The notes under the pieces were generated by a model. That model saw nothing but the letters and a program-made list of their open reading frames with translations, was not told the origin of the DNA and ran no database searches. Positions 60,029 to 64,000 of a stretch of DNA of 64,000 nt are shown one piece after another; positions within the stretch are counted from its first letter, which is position 1; every line of letters begins with the position of its first letter. This DNA comes from an uncultured bacterium. Lineage in GTDB: Bacteria > Bacteroidota > Ignavibacteria > OLB7. Where the stretch lies: NCBI GenBank assembly GCA_966128725.1, contig CBHYLN010000007.1:1031-65030 (forward strand), given 5' to 3'. The position numbers and the translations under genes are program-made.

Positions 60029-62692
60029 TTAGATAAGGTTGTATTCCCTGGCGCGTGCCAAGGCCTGTGTCCGGCTTTCCACGCTGAGTTTGCTGTACAG
60101 GTTGTTGATATGCGTTTTCACGGTGCTCACTGATATGTACAGAGCGTCGGCGATTGATGCGTTCGACTTTCCGTCGGCGATCAAGCGGAGCACTTCGATC
60201 TCGCGATCGCTGATCGGGGTCAGAAGCGTTGGAAGCGCCGTTGCCGGGGCTGCGTGTCCATTACCGTTCGTGGGCGGCGGTGGCATCCCGCCCAGTGCGC
60301 GCAACAGCTCGATAACATGCGGCGTCAGTGTGTCCTGATCGGCCTCGATGCCCTCGTGCTCCATCGAGATTCGCAGTTTCTTGAGAAGGCGTGTCATCGG
60401 CTCGCCTTCGTCAATGATCGTACGCACGTAGCCCTCGGCCGCGGCCAGGGTGGTGGCGCGGGCTATTGCCGAAAGCGCCTGCTCGGTTTCGCCGCTCTGC
60501 TCAAGCGCCAATGCCTGAACAACCAACACCTTGATCACCGTGTCGTTCTGTCCGCTTTCCTCGGCGACGCGCAGTGGGATCGCAAGCAATTCGAATGCTT
60601 CATCGGAGCGGCGCTGTGCCAGCATTACCCGGGCAAGCATCACCACGTCGGCGGCGATCTGGGGATCGTGCAGACTGGACGCGTCCAGCAGTGGGCCTAC
60701 GGCCTGTGCCCACGCGGCGGCGGCGGCGATGTCGCCCTTCGAGAGCAGCAGGCCCACTCGCCGGGCCTCCAGGGCAAACTGGGTGGCCGCCGAAGCCCCG
60801 TGGCGCCTCAGCAGCGCTTCAGCGCGGTCGATTGCATCAATGGCGCCATCAACGTCCCCGCGTGCCTGATGAATCCGGGCAAGCAGACCGTAGCCGTCGA
60901 GCAGCAGCGGGACGTCGGTTGTTTCGCGTGCGCATTGCAGGCCCTCGCTCAGGTGGCGCATGGCGGAATCCACCAGATTGCGCTCGAAATCGATTGCTGC
61001 CAGTCCGATATGGCACTGGGCCGCCGAGTGCTGGCTTCCGCCCTGCTCGTCATCGGCAAGGAGTTCCAACACCTCGTGAAACGTTGCCGCGGACATCGTC
61101 AACTTCCCCTGCTTCAGTTGCAGGGCCGCCACCTTGGGCAGGGCCTCGGCAAGTCCGAATCGCGCTTTTTCGCCATTATGCTGGGCCGGCGTGCGGATGT
61201 ACGTGGCAGGTGATTGGCTGATGCCGGGCCAACGCTCCGAATCGGCGAAATCGGGCTGGAATCGGGCTGCCATCGTGCTGTCGCCATCGGGGTCCGAATC
61301 GGCACGGAGTTGGTCCAGCGCACTGTTAAGCGCGGCCAGGTGGCCGTTGATGTCGGCCAGGCCGTCGTGAACGTGCGGTGCGCTCGCCAGGGATGCCATC
61401 GAGACGTATGTTCGGGCCGTGGCCGCGCTGCCGCGCAGCGTTTGTGCCCATGCCAATGCAAGAGCAAGGCGCGAGCGTTGGGCAATCATGGCGTCGGGGA
61501 ACATATCCGACCACTGAAGCAGCCTGCCGAGCTCTCCACGAGCAAGCACGCCTTCGGCCGTTCGTTCGGCCAGCCGTACGGCGTCGGCTCGATCGCCACA
61601 TGCCCACAGGTGCTCAACGGCGTCGGCTGCCATGCCCTGCTCCTGAAACCACTCCGAAGCTTTCCTGTGCAACTCGTTGGTGCGCTCAATATCGTCGGAT
61701 TCCAGCCGTTCGCGGATAATCGCACCAAACAGGGGGTGAACGCGATACCATCCGGGCTCGCCGTCGAGGGGCTGCAGATAAAAGCTGGTGGAAGCAAGAT
61801 CCGCCAGAAGTTGGCCGCATGTGTCGTTGCCGCAGAGGTGTTGGCAAAGCCTGCCGTTAATCCTTGCAGCGATGGTAACGCTTGTCAGCACGGGCTTCAG
61901 ATCGGGGCGAACCGTGCCCAGAATCTCTCCTTCGAGGTATTCGGCCACGTATGGGAATCGATCGCGCACCCGGCGGCTTCTGGCATGCGAGCCCTGCCCG
62001 TCACGAATCGATAGCGCGGCCAGTTGCAGGCCCACTGCCCAACCATCAGCAAGGGCAACAAGTTCATCGATCTCATCGGCTGGCGGGGTGTCGCCGGTGG
62101 TAGCGCGCACCAGAGCATGCGCTTCCTGTGGCGTAAACGCTATTTCGGCAGCTCGTACCTCGCCCAGCTCCCCACGAGCGCGAAGACGAGCCAGTTGTAA
62201 TGGGGGCAGCGCCCGGCTGGCCACAACGATCAGGACATGCGAGGGCATCCGTTCGATGAAGTACGAAAGCGAGGAATGAATGGCCTCGGAACTGATGCAG
62301 TGGTAATCGTCCAGTATGATGCGCAGCCGTCCGGACATGCCGGCAAGCTCGTTCAGCAGCGGGGTAAGCGCAACTTCGATTGGCTCACCAGCGGCCAGAA
62401 TTTCGGTTGTACGCACGCCAACGCCCGGCAGAATCCGCCGCAGCGCGCCCAGTACATATTCCCAGAAACGTGCTGGATCGTTATCCCCAGCATCCAGCGA
62501 CAGCCAGGCAGCCTGGCCCTGCTCCCTACGCACCCATTCCGCCAACAGTGTTGTTTTGCCAAACCCCGTTGGTGCGGTGACCAGTGCCAGACGGTTTTCG
62601 CCAAAAGCATCCAACCGTTCAAACAGGCGTGGTCTCGGCACACAATGTGTGAGTTTGCCGGGAATGTGAAGCTTAGTGGTGAGCAGCGGCAT
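60029..62692 (-). CDS. MalT-like ATP-dependent LuxR-family transcriptional regulator
   Basis: LLTTKLHIP..VPRPRL, APTGFGKTT, WLSLDAGDNDPARF, ILDDYH, GW..GLQL, TPR-like region, ISDREIEVLRLIADGKSN..TVKTHINNLYSKL. Confidence 0.93.
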   Translation of the reverse strand: MPLLTTKLHIPGKLTHCVPRPRLFERLDAFGENRLALVTAPTGFGKTTLLAEWVRREQGQAAWLSLDAGDNDPARFWEYVLGALRRILPGVGVRTTEILAAGEPIEVALTPLLNELAGMSGRLRIILDDYHCISSEAIHSSLSYFIERMPSHVLIVVASRALPPLQLARLRARGELGEVRAAEIAFTPQEAHALVRATTGDTPPADEIDELVALADGWAVGLQLAALSIRDGQGSHARSRRVRDRFPYVAEYLEGEILGTVRPDLKPVLTSVTIAARINGRLCQHLCGNDTCGQLLADLASTSFYLQPLDGEPGWYRVHPLFGAIIRERLESDDIERTNELHRKASEWFQEQGMAADAVEHLWACGDRADAVRLAERTAEGVLARGELGRLLQWSDMFPDAMIAQRSRLALALAWAQTLRGSAATARTYVSMASLASAPHVHDGLADINGHLAALNSALDQLRADSDPDGDSTMAARFQPDFADSERWPGISQSPATYIRTPAQHNGEKARFGLAEALPKVAALQLKQGKLTMSAATFHEVLELLADDEQGGSQHSAAQCHIGLAAIDFERNLVDSAMRHLSEGLQCARETTDVPLLLDGYGLLARIHQARGDVDGAIDAIDRAEALLRRHGASAATQFALEARRVGLLLSKGDIAAAAAWAQAVGPLLDASSLHDPQIAADVVMLARVMLAQRRSDEAFELLAIPLRVAEESGQNDTVIKVLVVQALALEQSGETEQALSAIARATTLAAAEGYVRTIIDEGEPMTRLLKKLRISMEHEGIEADQDTLTPHVIELLRALGGMPPPPTNGNGHAAPATALPTLLTPISDREIEVLRLIADGKSNASIADALYISVSTVKTHINNLYSKLSVESRTQALARAREYNLI

Positions 62693-63194
62693 GCTCCCAG
62701 AACTCTCGCTACGGTTGGTTGCCCAGTCCATACCGTATGGAAATTTCCGTGAACGATCGCGTGCCGGAAGTTGCCCAAACCGGAACGGCGACCGAATAGA
62801 ACGTATCGATCAATGGCGGGGTTGTGGCCCCGGGTGCTGTGGAGAAGAGCGTATAAGGTCCAATTGTACGCCCACTTCCGTCCGCAATGCCAGCCTCTCG
62901 TGTGCCCACACGAGTACTGAGGGTCAACACCTAGAACATCGAGCTTCTACCCTCGAAATCTCGTTGTTTCCCGGCAGTGGATCCTCCGGTTGAAAATCAA
63001 CCGGGTGGAGCGCCTGTCGCGGAGTACAAGTATACGGCGGTCGGCCCAGCCCTGCAAGTAAAAGATGCCTCTCGAAGGCGTGTATTGTTTTGTAGTTGAT
63101 TGCGATAGGGTCGATTTGATGAAGCGGTACTTTAGATCATCACCGTCCATCTGAGAATAAGCAAGCTCGCGTTCGCACGATTGGTATCGTGCGA

Positions 63195-63220
63195 AACAGG
63201 TGGGTATCCACCCACCTGTT
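63195..63220 (-). terminator. Hairpin directly after the VOC gene
   Basis: AACAGGTGGG/CCCACCTGTT 10-bp stem 4 nt past the stop. Confidence 0.55.
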
Positions 63221-63223
63221 GAA

Positions 63224-63613
63224 TCATCTCTCCACCTCGTTGGCAAGCTCAATCAAGTTTCCGTCCGGGTCGCGGACGTACACCGATTGCAGCGGGCCGC
63301 GAGCGCCGGTGCGGCGAACAGGTCCCTCAACGATATCAACAGAAAGCTGCCCCAGGCGAAGGATGACGTCATCCAGTGGTGTAGCGGTGATGAAGCAGAG
63401 GTCGGCAGTTCCCGGTGCTGCTGTTCGGGCCTTTGGCTCGAATTCGTTGCCCTGCTGGTGCAGATTGATCTTCTGGGCGCCGAACAACAGGGCGGTACGT
63501 CCTGCACCGAACTGCTGGCGCCGCATGCCAAGCGTACGTTCGTAAAACGCGCACGTTACCTCGATATCGGCAACAGTAAGCACGATGTGATCGATGTGTG
63601 TAATCTGGATCAT
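63224..63613 (-). CDS. VOC/glyoxalase family protein
   Basis: IDHIVLTVADI..FY..LGM, KINLH, GTADLCF, EGPV.RTGA.G..SVYVRDPDGNLIE. Confidence 0.93.
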   Translation of the reverse strand: MIQITHIDHIVLTVADIEVTCAFYERTLGMRRQQFGAGRTALLFGAQKINLHQQGNEFEPKARTAAPGTADLCFITATPLDDVILRLGQLSVDIVEGPVRRTGARGPLQSVYVRDPDGNLIELANEVER

Positions 63614-63963
63614 GACGGATCCGCCGTTTCCTCCTCTCGATCGCCCCATTCCGGCGGTTCGTACACCACCCAACTCGTCAACAGATCCGGATCGCGCACC
63701 ACCTCGCCGGTGGACTGTAACTGGTAGTCGCCGGGGGGGGCGTCCTCGTACGCGGCAAGCACCGCAGGCATGGCATATTCAACCCCGGAAGGGTGAAGCA
63801 GCACAACAACTCCTTCCTCCGGATTAACACGTGCGATTCGGCCATGCAGCTGAACATTGTCCACGTGGTTATCGTGGCGATCGTGCACCTCGAGGCCAAT
63901 CATAAGATGTTTGCCTACCATCGCGGCCGCACGTGCGGGGTCGAATCCTGGAATCTCGTTCAT
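63610..63963 (-). CDS. Hypothetical protein
   Basis: 117-aa ORF with ATGA overlap to the VOC gene; APPGDYQLQSTGEVV.DPD segment looks protein-like. Confidence 0.75.
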   Translation of the reverse strand: MNEIPGFDPARAAAMVGKHLMIGLEVHDRHDNHVDNVQLHGRIARVNPEEGVVVLLHPSGVEYAMPAVLAAYEDAPPGDYQLQSTGEVVRDPDLLTSWVVYEPPEWGDREEETADPS

Positions 63964-64000
63964 GCGTGTTCGATTGTCGTGGTCGGGGCCATTAGTCGTG

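Noticed and set aside
59525-60133. 202-aa plus-strand ORF and 80-aa minus-strand ORF in the 59.5-60 kb gap
   Set aside because: Atypical composition and no motifs; the 80-aa ORF starts upstream of the predicted TSS; promoter, hairpins and terminator favour a non-coding RNA
62947-63252. 101-aa ORF between the VOC and MalT-like genes
   Set aside because: It overlaps the VOC end and its terminator hairpin and has no recognisable motifs; more likely regulatory DNA

Overview
GC-rich bacterial chromosome segment, most likely from an FCB-group lineage (Ignavibacteria/Kapabacteria-like). This is inferred from several proteins with T9SS-type C-terminal sorting domains and from Bacteroidetes-type TAnnTTTG promoter elements upstream of mpl, tal and the TonB receptor. 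Bases 1-52 kb are mostly housekeeping and envelope genes: peptidases, OmpA/PD40/VWA surface proteins, tandem HEXXH peptidases, ptsI, mpl, hpnC-hpnD, panB, lipoate ligase, a malK-like ATPase, TonB receptor + PepSY, HNH, tal, a 1433-aa T9SS protein, purN-queF-queD-queC and an addB-like gene. The most unusual part is 52.3-63.2 kb. Three regulators (AAA/BTAD-like, an IS630-HTH-LuxR fusion, MalT-like) surround one small secreted-protein gene and two 'empty' intergenic regions. These regions look like structured non-coding RNAs (~1.1 kb on +, ~350 nt on -) whose hairpin loops repeatedly display (G)GACC. The same motif occurs upstream of the MalT-like gene and the secreted-protein gene. A repeated ATC(C/A)ACC..GGTTGA operator sits at near-identical spacing in front of two promoters. 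Together this suggests a CsrB/RsmZ-like protein-titrating RNA circuit under LuxR/STAND control. All structure calls were made by eye, with no folding software or database searches.
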